Made by a program: the position numbers and the translations under genes. A stretch of 60,606 nt of DNA, taken from positions 1 to 60,606 of IMG/VR virus record IMGVR_UViG_3300037258_000158. The stretch is one strand, 5' to 3'. Source of the DNA: a virus (Duplodnaviria > Caudoviricetes). The notes beneath the pieces were generated by a model that searched no databases, was not told the origin of the DNA, and saw only the letters and a program-made list of their open reading frames with translations. Position 1 is the stretch's first letter. Every line of letters begins with the position of its first letter. Of the stretch, positions 16,922 to 25,398 are shown piece after piece.

Positions 16922-17714
16922 ATCGATATGCCTTCTTCCATTGCACCGTCACCTCAGTGCGAGTCCCAAACTTCCCCCGGTCAGTCTTGTTTTCCTTCTG
17001 GCGCAAACTCACGAGGCCGGGGTGGAGTTCTGCCAGCTTGTGCGCGGAGCGCTCATGCAACTCGTGTGTCCGGTACGTTGAACAGCCGCCCGACGCATTC
17101 GTCATCTGTTGATCGTGCGCCCAATAGGCGAAGACCACGTTATGGAATCCCTTGCGCAGAAGCTGGAGTTGCACGTCGAAATCCTCCATGACTTCTACAC
17201 GACCATGTTCGCACGCATTGAATTCCTTGACCCGGAATGCGAGTGCCCGTAAGGCTCGCGTATCGGTCTGGGCCATTGGCGCTGGTCCTACGCCGAAGCG
17301 GTTGTTGCCCTCGCGGCTGCTGATCGACACCTGAGCGTAGGTGCCCAGATATTCTTCGACCGTCTGCATCATCTCCGTGAACTCGGTATCGTTTACTGCA
17401 AGAAGATGATAATCATCGGCGCTGACGTGTCGAAAGAATTTTAGGTCATCATCGAGCATGATAAACTTCGGTTCGCCAATTTGGTCAGCAAACCGCCCGA
17501 TGCCTTGTCGTACCCCAGATATTCCGCCACCTGGGTCTTCCACGAAACTCACTCCTTTATCGACGTATTTTTGGAGATAAGATTTATACCGTGGAATATC
17601 TTTTCCCGGCGTTATGATCCAGGTATTTGCCAGATATGTCGGTGGAATCTGGGCCAGTGTGCGAGCGCCGACGACACCGGGACGTCCCAGACTTGGTATG
17701 AAGATTGGAATCAT
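16911..17714 (-). CDS. TET/JBP-associated-type (TAGT/GREB1-like) glycosyltransferase, copy 1
   Basis: IFIPSLGR, MLDDDL, EDFDVQLQLL, GGCSTYRT, HPGLV, VQWKKAY. Confidence 0.85.
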   Translation of the reverse strand: MIPIFIPSLGRPGVVGARTLAQIPPTYLANTWIITPGKDIPRYKSYLQKYVDKGVSFVEDPGGGISGVRQGIGRFADQIGEPKFIMLDDDLKFFRHVSADDYHLLAVNDTEFTEMMQTVEEYLGTYAQVSISSREGNNRFGVGPAPMAQTDTRALRALAFRVKEFNACEHGRVEVMEDFDVQLQLLRKGFHNVVFAYWAHDQQMTNASGGCSTYRTHELHERSAHKLAELHPGLVSLRQKENKTDRGKFGTRTEVTVQWKKAYRYGV

Positions 17715-18697
17715 TTCTCCCATTCCCTTTTGATTGGTTGCGTGTATGGTGAACCAGAGATTGCTTTCAGCAGAGCAGCCTCGCTTTCACGGTCAGGATC
17801 TGGCATCTGCTCTTTACCCAATGGGTCTGGTAGAAGTCCCACTCGATAGGATAAGGCGTCACATCCTTGACAAGGTGCGAATGACCGGTCACCCTTGACA
17901 AGATGTCTTCGAGCTGCGTCCATCGCCGTAGAATCCCAGACTGCGACAAGTCCGTCTGTGACAATGTTTCCACACTTGAAGACGCCACGCCAGTCGTTGC
18001 AACATATCGCCACATTGCCGTCCCACCTGATTGACATTTCGCGGAAAGGTTTCGCACATCGTTTATGCTTTGCCACAAGAGACGGCGGGAACGCCGCCCC
18101 TGCATGATTGTTGAGGCTACTGTGGGTTCCGGAATTGGACGCGCTTATATCGCGGATATAGCTGATCAACCCAGATCCGCGATCTAACCGACGATGCGGA
18201 TTACCACGGGCATCTCCAGGATAATCGCATACCAGAACATCATGGCCGTCCGCTTTAAGTTTCGCTTCCAGTTCATCTTGTATCTCCCTGACTTTGCCGA
18301 TGATTTGCACATCTTGGTAGTCGTCGAGCGCCAAGATCGTCAACCCTGCATTGAATAATGCAGGGATAGTGATCATAGGTCCACCGTGCATGAGCAGACC
18401 GCCGCCGTTGCTGGTCACCATCAACTGATTCTTGGGCATGTGCGCCCGAGCTATGCGGATCATTTCCACGTAAGACGGATGCATGGTCGGTTCGCCATGC
18501 ATGGCAAATTCAACTCGTGCTGTCCATTTCTCCTGCGTCACCTGATCACCTAACGAAGCTAGGGTATCGGGCGACATGAACTTGAAGTTCTTATTCTTGT
18601 ATTCACGTATCCCGCGCAGGCCGCAGAAAGAGCAATAGAGATTGCATCCTTCCGATAACTCAACCTGAATCGCATACGGGGGAGTCTGGGTTCTCAT
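17711..18697 (-). CDS. Radical SAM enzyme with SPASM/Twitch domain
   Basis: CNLYCSFC (CX3CX2C), HGEP, TSNG; C-terminal CAKPF...DGNVAICCND...GNI...PCQGC. Confidence 0.92.
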   Translation of the reverse strand: MRTQTPPYAIQVELSEGCNLYCSFCGLRGIREYKNKNFKFMSPDTLASLGDQVTQEKWTARVEFAMHGEPTMHPSYVEMIRIARAHMPKNQLMVTSNGGGLLMHGGPMITIPALFNAGLTILALDDYQDVQIIGKVREIQDELEAKLKADGHDVLVCDYPGDARGNPHRRLDRGSGLISYIRDISASNSGTHSSLNNHAGAAFPPSLVAKHKRCAKPFREMSIRWDGNVAICCNDWRGVFKCGNIVTDGLVAVWDSTAMDAARRHLVKGDRSFAPCQGCDALSYRVGLLPDPLGKEQMPDPDRESEAALLKAISGSPYTQPIKREWEK

Positions 18698-18705
18698 GTT
18701 GTCTC

Positions 18706-18939
18706 CTACGTTCGCGGTGTACCATCAGGATGACGAGTGATGGCGACATTCGCCCACATAGCATTCGAACGATGAGCACGGATTACAAAGGTCTTGTCTG
18801 GTCCGTCAGGTAATTCTGCATCCAAGACATCGTTGAACGCCTTGGCGGCTGCTCGTACACGAGCCATCTTTGCAATCTGTTCTTCGGTGGGTTGAAGATA
18901 TTCGTAAGTTGAGGGATGCATACCGGGATTCCTTTCCAT
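18706..18939 (-). CDS. Acb2/Tad1-like helical-hairpin protein (putative immune-signal sponge)
   Basis: YEYLQPTEEQIAKMARVRAAAK...LPDGPDK...AMWANVAITR follows the Y-x-P..Q..R..A..P..MWAN.AI.R pattern. Confidence 0.6.
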   Translation of the reverse strand: MERNPGMHPSTYEYLQPTEEQIAKMARVRAAAKAFNDVLDAELPDGPDKTFVIRAHRSNAMWANVAITRHPDGTPRT

Positions 18940-18974
18940 GAGTAGACCCGCAGTGAGCAGATCTGCTCATAGTA

Positions 18975-19631
18975 TTACCCAGATATGTGGTGGAGGTAAA
19001 GTGTCTCTAATCGTTGGGCGAGTGCTAGATTGACATGCGCTCCTTCCCACCGAACAGCAAAATCATTGCGAGATGGGCACACGAACCAGAAGACCCTATT
19101 CTTGACATACCATTGAAACGAATGTAGAGGTTTGAGCCCTAGGGCGCTCAAGACCTCGCGGTCTACAATCATCACAATACGACCGCGCAGAGATTTCCAA
19201 AGATCCGGTGCTGCGACCTTCGCCTCTCCCATCATCTTGGAGAAGTCATCATCATAATTTCGCACCATGCACCGGCGATCGAACGCCCTCAGATAGTCTG
19301 ACTGACTGACACCTTTCTCAGCCAGCATCTCCCATAGGGTCCCCCCAACGCCTTTGGTCGGATAATAGATGTGAGTCCAAGGCTGATGGTAATCATGGAA
19401 GCCGAGGAGCACCGGTCGTTTCCTCATTGTGACTGGACCGAATCGTTGAAGAGTCAGTTTATTGATCTGGTCTTCGACGTCTGGAGGAATCTTCTTACGG
19501 CCCGATAATAGCTTGTCAATATCTTTTCTTGGATATGATAAATAGAACGAAAGCACATTCGCTAACTCCTCATTCCAACGACATGCGGGGAATAGGCGAT
19601 ATGCTTTCGTTATCAGTTCATTCTTATTCAT
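18975..19631 (-). CDS. HTH-like N-terminus fused to degenerate UDG-superfamily-like domain
   Basis: IDKLLSGRKKIP (XRE-like end); RPVLLG..YP..G.GGTLWEML..YL.AFDR...GRIVMIV..V..ALGL...FVCPS where HPS is expected. Confidence 0.5.
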   Translation of the reverse strand: MNKNELITKAYRLFPACRWNEELANVLSFYLSYPRKDIDKLLSGRKKIPPDVEDQINKLTLQRFGPVTMRKRPVLLGFHDYHQPWTHIYYPTKGVGGTLWEMLAEKGVSQSDYLRAFDRRCMVRNYDDDFSKMMGEAKVAAPDLWKSLRGRIVMIVDREVLSALGLKPLHSFQWYVKNRVFWFVCPSRNDFAVRWEGAHVNLALAQRLETLYLHHISG

Positions 19632-20557
19632 CCGCGATATCTGTAACGAGCCTTCGGCTTGCCTTCATCAGTACGTGTCCGTTCGTACTTGTCGAACTCG
19701 CAGAGCGTATGTTCGATTTCACGCATCTCGAGTGGCGTCCATCCTTGACGTTGCGGCCAGAATTGGCGATCTCTTGACATTTTCAAGAGATCGCGCATTT
19801 CTTCAATCATGGCAGACTTGGACACTTTCTTCTGGACAGCGCGATAGCTCACACCGCGACCCGTAACGCGAGCGAGGCCACGTTCCGCGCCGGGTCCCGG
19901 ATTCGCCCATGTCATGATGTCGGGCGCACATCCTAATAGATCCGTGTGCCTGAGATCGGTCACGACCTCATATGAAATGAAGTCGCCGCTGTACGGGTAT
20001 TGCCTGAACCAATCCCAGACGCTCTGAAGGCTCTCACGACCCTCTAGGCAACTCTCAGCCACGGCCCGCCAGTGCCGTCCACCATATACTTCCGACGAGT
20101 TCCAGACCGTCCGTATGCAAGCCAGAACACCATCCAACTTGGGCATCCCTTGCTGCCCAAGAATGATATACGCGCCGTTCACATACGGACCCTCGCCGCA
20201 CATCAGTTTGATAGATTCGCGCATCTTGCCGGTGTCGCCGGTCTCCAAGAAATAGTCCCAGGAACTGCGACCATCATCAAGGAATCCTTGACTGAAGATA
20301 GCTTCGCCGGTCGTGGGTCTGTTGAACCAACGGAAGGCGATTGTTGCGAGCAACACCTCTGGGGTTGCTCTCATCGGTTCACGGACATGGTCCTTGAACC
20401 ACTGTGTCACACGATCCAATTCACGGTACACGTTCGTGAAACTGTAGGTCTGCAAGATAGGATCATCGGTCCAAGGCCACGGCTTCCCGGCCTTACGGTC
20501 CAAGTATATTTGGTGTCGCTTTCTGGCAAATTCAAAGAATTCGTTTGCGTGGTTCAT
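19628..20557 (-). CDS. aGPT-Pplase1-family (HhH glycosylase-fold) thymidine-hypermodification protein
   Basis: PWPWTDDPILQTYSFTNVYRELDR, FRWFN, GAYI, F.SYEVVTDL, PGPGA.RGL, IEHTLCEFDKY. Confidence 0.85.
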   Translation of the reverse strand: MNHANEFFEFARKRHQIYLDRKAGKPWPWTDDPILQTYSFTNVYRELDRVTQWFKDHVREPMRATPEVLLATIAFRWFNRPTTGEAIFSQGFLDDGRSSWDYFLETGDTGKMRESIKLMCGEGPYVNGAYIILGQQGMPKLDGVLACIRTVWNSSEVYGGRHWRAVAESCLEGRESLQSVWDWFRQYPYSGDFISYEVVTDLRHTDLLGCAPDIMTWANPGPGAERGLARVTGRGVSYRAVQKKVSKSAMIEEMRDLLKMSRDRQFWPQRQGWTPLEMREIEHTLCEFDKYERTRTDEGKPKARYRYRG

Positions 20558-20720
20558 TGATATATCTCCGGTTGTTTTCGTCATCCTCTTTAAGCATGGA
20601 ATAGTCTACGTGTCCTTCACAGGTGTAGAACGCATCTCCTTGATCGGTTAAATGATAGAATATCATTTCTCCCCAACAAGGATATTTTTCTCCACCCACG
20701 AATTTGAAGAGGCAGCTCAC
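20532..20720 (-). CDS. Hypothetical protein
   Basis: GTGA overlap with dcd stop. Confidence 0.5.
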   Translation of the reverse strand: MSCLFKFVGGEKYPCWGEMIFYHLTDQGDAFYTCEGHVDYSMLKEDDENNRRYINEPRKRIL

Positions 20721-21175
20721 CCTCGTGCTCCCTGTGGTCCTTCTTCCTGATCCTGATACTTGCCTTCGTAGGCTCTTCCCCCTTCGACGTAATGGAACGC
20801 GATCTGGGCAATCGGCATACCTTTCTTCAGGCGTACGAAACCCGAATTATGATATAGAAGTTCCAGAGTAAGGAAACCGCGCCAGCCGGGGTCGATCAGT
20901 GTGTTTTGGACAGTTAGTCCAAGACGCACTAATGAACTCTTGTCATGCACTATGCCAAGCATGTATCCGGGCATTTTGAATTTCTCGAACGTAGATGCAA
21001 GAACCATTCCATCGTGTCGAGTGATCCGTAGTTCTTGATCGAGACGCACATCATAGCTACCGAAGCCGAGCCCATAACTCAACTTCATGCCATTCCAGTC
21101 AAACGTTGACCTTTCACAGAAGGGCTCGACCACCTTGGTCTCCATCTGCGCCAGATATTCAGCTCCATAGATCAT
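20717..21175 (-). CDS. dcd: dCTP deaminase (trimeric dUTPase fold)
   Basis: SYGLGFGSYDVRL, DKSSLVRLG, IDPGWRGFLTLE, YEGKYQDQ; AAGGAG RBS before ATG 21175. Confidence 0.9.
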   Translation of the reverse strand: MIYGAEYLAQMETKVVEPFCERSTFDWNGMKLSYGLGFGSYDVRLDQELRITRHDGMVLASTFEKFKMPGYMLGIVHDKSSLVRLGLTVQNTLIDPGWRGFLTLELLYHNSGFVRLKKGMPIAQIAFHYVEGGRAYEGKYQDQEEGPQGARG

Positions 21176-21190
21176 GGCTTCTCCTTTAAG

Positions 21191-21227
21191 AAAACAAAAA
21201 GGACCGCCCTTTCGAGCGATCCCTTTT
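21191..21227 (-). terminator. Rho-independent terminator
   Basis: GGATCGCTC-GAAA-GGGCGGTCC followed by TTTTTGTTTT on the minus strand. Confidence 0.8.
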
Positions 21228-21249
21228 GCACTTCCCATCGCGGGGGAAG

Positions 21250-21552
21250 TTAGTTCAGTGTGATGAAACCCTTGCCGACGTCCCAGGCAATGTCGGCGGC
21301 CGAAATTCCGGCGTCGAGTGCCTTCTGGACTGTCATGCCGTCGGTGTAAAGAGCAAACCGTTCGCCGGCCTTGCGCCGCTTCGGGTTGTTGTCCTTGCCG
21401 TACGACTTGCCCTCTTTGTCCTTGCCGAAAAGAATCTTGGCGCTGAGCGGCTTGCCCGCGACCAGCTTCTCCTTGACTTCCTTCTCCGGCTTGGCTGCTT
21501 CGGCGGCCGGTTTCGTTGCTTCCGCGGCCGGAGCCGCTGCTTTCTTTGCCAC
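21250..21552 (-). CDS. Small basic protein with 'NPK...WD..FI' domain, paralogue B; Ala/Lys/Pro-rich N-tail
   Basis: MAKKAAAPAAEATKPAAEAAKP...NNPKRRKAGERFALYTDGMTVQKALDAGISAADIAWDVGKGFITL. Confidence 0.85.
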   Translation of the reverse strand: MAKKAAAPAAEATKPAAEAAKPEKEVKEKLVAGKPLSAKILFGKDKEGKSYGKDNNPKRRKAGERFALYTDGMTVQKALDAGISAADIAWDVGKGFITLN

Positions 21553-21605
21553 GAATATAAGTCCCTTTCAACGGAGACAGCACCATGCTTGTCTCACTGA
21601 GATGC

Positions 21606-21634
21606 ACCTTATTCCAGAAGAAAAGTGATTGCAA
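21606..21634 (-). promoter_or_regulatory. Promoter TTGCAA-N17-TAAGGT
   Basis: ACGCTTGCAATC resembles GACGCTTGTAGTC at other promoters; upstream of 21552. Confidence 0.55.
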
Positions 21635-21645
21635 GCGTTTTCTTC

Positions 21646-23148
21646 TTAGAGAGGATACTGCAAACGCGTCGCAGGCGCAACGATCGTACAGGACACCCTT
21701 GTCCGTGTCACAGCGACATACCACGCCCTCGCCTCGTCTTCAGGGAACTTGATCATTTCGGCGTAAGTCTTCGGCGCCATGTCACGAAATAAGATCACGT
21801 GGTCGCCCTGCGCGCCCTTGGATCCGTGTATCGTTGACACCCTAACTCGCGGTTTCTTCAATAGACTTTCGCCCTTCTTACGAGCCCGAAGCATGTAGAG
21901 TTTCTCTTCTTCAGGGATACGATCCAATGCTTCGTGCCATATATCTTCGCGCAACAGCCCTCCCCGGCTCACCAGATCGCGCATCGAGACTTCATCACCG
22001 GGGCCGAAACCGGGGAGGGTCTTAAATCCTCGCTTGACGCCCTTGCCAGTGGACATCAGCGTGTAGACTTGGCGCGCTTCGTCCGCGGTTATAGTCTTGT
22101 CGGCCCTGAGTGCTTCCCACGCCATCACGCCATTCAACGTGACCTTACTCACGCTTGAATGTCCTTTCCAGTCGTACACGACACCCTCACGTTGAAGATA
22201 GCGCATCACCGGCTTGAGGACATAGGTGTTCCGACCCAGAATCAGTATCTCTCGGTTGTCGAATAAGTCCACTTCGCCGATCCGTATGGTACGAATGAGC
22301 TTGCCGTCTTCGGGTCGCGGGTTCCATTCCTTGGGTCGGCGCTTATGGACCTGCGAGATGATACGATCGCTCAGTTGTTGGACAGTCCTTGGGACTCTCC
22401 AAGACTGAGTGAGCACCTTCACATGTCCTTCCATGTCCACGAAATGGTCAACGTCGGCACCGGCCCACTTATAGATCGCTTGGTCGTCATCGCCGGCGAT
22501 CACCACCCGTTTGCATCCGCGCGCCAGCTTCTCGACAACTTTCCATTGAAGAAGCGACAGGTCCTGCGCCTCATCAACATAGAGTTCATCTAGCGCCGGT
22601 GACCATTCGCTCTTTACGAATAGTGACAGCATGTCGGTATAATCTACCAGAGAGTGCGCTCGCTTGTATTCGACCAGACCTCGCGACAATCGCTCAACCA
22701 TATCCCACGGCAACGCGTCATCATCGCGATCGTAAAGCTGACGGAGTGGGATCATCTTGATACGAGACAAGTTCTCCATGAACATGCCTCGGTCACCTGG
22801 ATTATATCCGAAGGTACTACCTTCGTCCATACTCACTGACTCGCTAAGTTTAATTCCGAGCCAGTCTCCAAACTCAACGACTTTCTTCCCCTCGAAGACG
22901 TCACCATTGGAAAGGCCAGCCGCCTGGAAACATAACGAGTGTAGAGTCCTGAAATAACGTAGCTTGTTTCGAGATAGGTTGAATTTAGCCATCGCGCGTT
23001 CGATAGCTTCGTTGGCTCCTCGCTTTGTGAATGTGACATACGCTATCCTTTCTGGATCAGTACCATTGGCGAGAGAAGCTTCCACTCTCGACAATAGTTC
23101 GGTTGTCTTGCCGGTGCCCGGAGGGCCAAGTACGATTTCAGGCATCAT
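21646..23148 (-). CDS. UvrD/Rep-like superfamily 1 helicase
   Basis: GPPGTGKT, VDEAQD, GDDDQAIY, STIHGSKG, YVAVTR. Confidence 0.93.
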   Translation of the reverse strand: MMPEIVLGPPGTGKTTELLSRVEASLANGTDPERIAYVTFTKRGANEAIERAMAKFNLSRNKLRYFRTLHSLCFQAAGLSNGDVFEGKKVVEFGDWLGIKLSESVSMDEGSTFGYNPGDRGMFMENLSRIKMIPLRQLYDRDDDALPWDMVERLSRGLVEYKRAHSLVDYTDMLSLFVKSEWSPALDELYVDEAQDLSLLQWKVVEKLARGCKRVVIAGDDDQAIYKWAGADVDHFVDMEGHVKVLTQSWRVPRTVQQLSDRIISQVHKRRPKEWNPRPEDGKLIRTIRIGEVDLFDNREILILGRNTYVLKPVMRYLQREGVVYDWKGHSSVSKVTLNGVMAWEALRADKTITADEARQVYTLMSTGKGVKRGFKTLPGFGPGDEVSMRDLVSRGGLLREDIWHEALDRIPEEEKLYMLRARKKGESLLKKPRVRVSTIHGSKGAQGDHVILFRDMAPKTYAEMIKFPEDEARAWYVAVTRTRVSCTIVAPATRLQYPL

Positions 23149-23324
23149 AGCTTAAATCCGATCTTCTCTGCCAATGCGACGATAGCGTGTCCTCTTGAAT
23201 CCACTAATCCGGTAGGTCGGTGATCTGGTTCCAAGAAGACCGTTGTCTGCGGCCGAGAGTACGACGGCCAATAATCAAACTCATCCCAATGTTGTTTCTC
23301 GGGCCGAGTGGCGTATATTGTCAT
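23145..23324 (-). CDS. Hypothetical protein (59 aa)
   Basis: MTIYATRPEK...EKIGFKL; ATGA overlaps on both sides. Confidence 0.55.
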   Translation of the reverse strand: MTIYATRPEKQHWDEFDYWPSYSRPQTTVFLEPDHRPTGLVDSRGHAIVALAEKIGFKL

Positions 23325-23569
23325 TTCAGTTTCTCCCTGAACTTGCGGCGAATTTCGACGGCCTGACGTTCAGTGATATTGATCGCCCCGCATTCTCGCG
23401 CCAGCGCCCGCTTCGCCATGCAGATATCATAATGATCTTTCTGATACCAGCGCCGCGAGACGCAGATCTTGTCCGCCATCGCGTGTAATTCTTCTTCAGT
23501 ATCAGCGAGCATATGACACATGATCATGCGACCATAGTTGTGTCGAGCATCATCAACGTAGACCGACAT
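23321..23569 (-). CDS. DUF4031-family protein
   Basis: MSVYVDD...GRMIMCHMLADTEEELHAMA..I...RRWYQ.DHYDI...KRALA. Confidence 0.85.
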   Translation of the reverse strand: MSVYVDDARHNYGRMIMCHMLADTEEELHAMADKICVSRRWYQKDHYDICMAKRALARECGAINITERQAVEIRRKFREKLK

Positions 23570-23823
23570 CACACATGCTCCACAGATTCGATCCACTTTT
23601 CCAAGTTCTCGACTTCTTTCTGTAGGTCTGCGCCTGTGATCTTCACGCCGTTGATCGCTGCTGCCCGGACAACCATGTCCAGCAACGTGATCCGCAGTTG
23701 CATCCTCGGGGTTATATGGAACTTCGGGCCGCACAGTTCTACCAAGACTTCTTGCACGTTTGACCGACCTTGCGGCGGACGTGACTTATCACCATCATCC
23801 GTAGGCTGATAACCGTCCTTCAT
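23569..23823 (-). CDS. Hypothetical protein
   Basis: ATGA and TGATG overlaps with neighbours. Confidence 0.6.
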   Translation of the reverse strand: MKDGYQPTDDGDKSRPPQGRSNVQEVLVELCGPKFHITPRMQLRITLLDMVVRAAAINGVKITGADLQKEVENLEKWIESVEHV

Positions 23824-25340
23824 ATTGGGGTTTCCTTCATTTTCGGCAAGTCCAACTTCACAGGTGTCTCGAACATATCGCCCGGCACCCAGAGTACATT
23901 AACACCACGACTTTTGATTTGAAAAAACGATGTACCACCGATTTTCTGGATAGTGGAACTGACTTTGTTTCGGCCCCACTCGAATTTAGCTCGGGATAAG
24001 TGATCCATTAGATCTCTTAACCTGAAATAAAACCGACGACCTTCTTCATCTTCCCAAGGCTTGCCGCTGAGGATATCGTCCTTTGATTCTGCCCGATAAC
24101 GATTCATACAAAACTCTTGTAGAAGTTCGACGAAGTGCCCTTCAATGGATGCATCGGGCGGCGCCGAAATCTTGTTCACGTTCTGCATGGCCTCGCCAAG
24201 AATCTCGAGCCATGTGTCCGGCTTCAGCCGCTGGTAGATCGTATGCACCGCTTCCATACATCGGCGCTGAAATTTGTTATAGTCCTGAAGCTGTTCCGTT
24301 GTCAATTCGATACGCTGACCATCTACATCAAGAAACCACAGTGGCGGATCGGTCTCCAAAACAGATATTCCCCCGATCGCCGGAAACTTCGCACCGTTTC
24401 CTCCATTCCCAACCCCATGTCGTCTGGTCCTACAAAGCGATGAATTGCAATGAGCATTGATCGGCGCATCCTTACACTTGTATTCAAAACTCTTTTTCTT
24501 AAGGTTCTTGATGACTTCCTGGACTTCATCGGACGGAAGTGGTGGAGACATGAACTGACGATTCATATTCTCCAGATGACCTTCCCATTCATCGCCATAT
24601 TTCTTCTTGGCGAATGTTCCCAGAGCGAAGAGACCGGCGTTGCGGGAACCGGGGGTGAACCCTACTGTGGTCAGGTACTGGAGGCATGGAGGCCCGTCCT
24701 TGAACTCATCGTTGAGCTTGACCGTACCGGCGCTCTTCTGCAGAGGCTGGCGATGCTCGTCGGCATACTCGATGAACTCCGCCATTGTCATAGCGGCTGC
24801 GGTCTTCTTGACTCCGTAACGGTCCGTGCGGTTGCCTGCGAAGTACGGCATGTTCAGCCAGTTGCCGACATCACCCCTTTCTGCTAGGATTTGGGTCTGT
24901 TTGGGGAATATCTCACTTCCCCCAAATCCTAGCAGACCGGCCATTTCAGTCAACACGTCACGAAGATCGGCTGCATGAGCTGGCTGACTTAAGAACAGGA
25001 ACAGATGCAAGCCGCCCGACTTCGTTCTACACGCGACCAGAGGCAACTTCCGCTTTTCTATTTCCTCAACTACCGCCGCCATGTTCAGGTCATAACGGTC
25101 AATGTCTATGCAGCCCCACGAGCATGTGCCATCCGGACGAATAGGAATGACGCCAAGAGACCGCTTCCCTTCTAAATGCGCCTGCCACAGTTCAAGCGTA
25201 ACAGGTTCGCGGATAGTGCGAGCGGTAGCCTTGATCTCTAGCTTACCGCCCTTCTGCATACTCTTATCTAATCGGTCATAGGTCCCATAAGCATCAGGGA
25301 ACCCATCGAACAATGCCATGAAAGTTCGTGCGTATTCCAT
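23820..25340 (-). CDS. AEP-type primase with PriCT-like domain
   Basis: WGCIDID (DxD), TKSGGLH, EIFPKQ, GNWLNMPY, GPPCL, GSRNAGLF. Confidence 0.85.
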   Translation of the reverse strand: MEYARTFMALFDGFPDAYGTYDRLDKSMQKGGKLEIKATARTIREPVTLELWQAHLEGKRSLGVIPIRPDGTCSWGCIDIDRYDLNMAAVVEEIEKRKLPLVACRTKSGGLHLFLFLSQPAHAADLRDVLTEMAGLLGFGGSEIFPKQTQILAERGDVGNWLNMPYFAGNRTDRYGVKKTAAAMTMAEFIEYADEHRQPLQKSAGTVKLNDEFKDGPPCLQYLTTVGFTPGSRNAGLFALGTFAKKKYGDEWEGHLENMNRQFMSPPLPSDEVQEVIKNLKKKSFEYKCKDAPINAHCNSSLCRTRRHGVGNGGNGAKFPAIGGISVLETDPPLWFLDVDGQRIELTTEQLQDYNKFQRRCMEAVHTIYQRLKPDTWLEILGEAMQNVNKISAPPDASIEGHFVELLQEFCMNRYRAESKDDILSGKPWEDEEGRRFYFRLRDLMDHLSRAKFEWGRNKVSSTIQKIGGTSFFQIKSRGVNVLWVPGDMFETPVKLDLPKMKETPI

Positions 25341-25398
25341 AGTGGTGATATATCGGGCGGATCAGCTAAGACCCGCCCGATTTGCCCCTTATGACCGA

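Noticed and set aside
20717-21724. 335-aa ORF as a long dCTP deaminase fusion
   Set aside because: N-terminal 183 codons overlap the helicase end, the NPK gene in another frame and a terminator; a good RBS and ATG lie at 21175.
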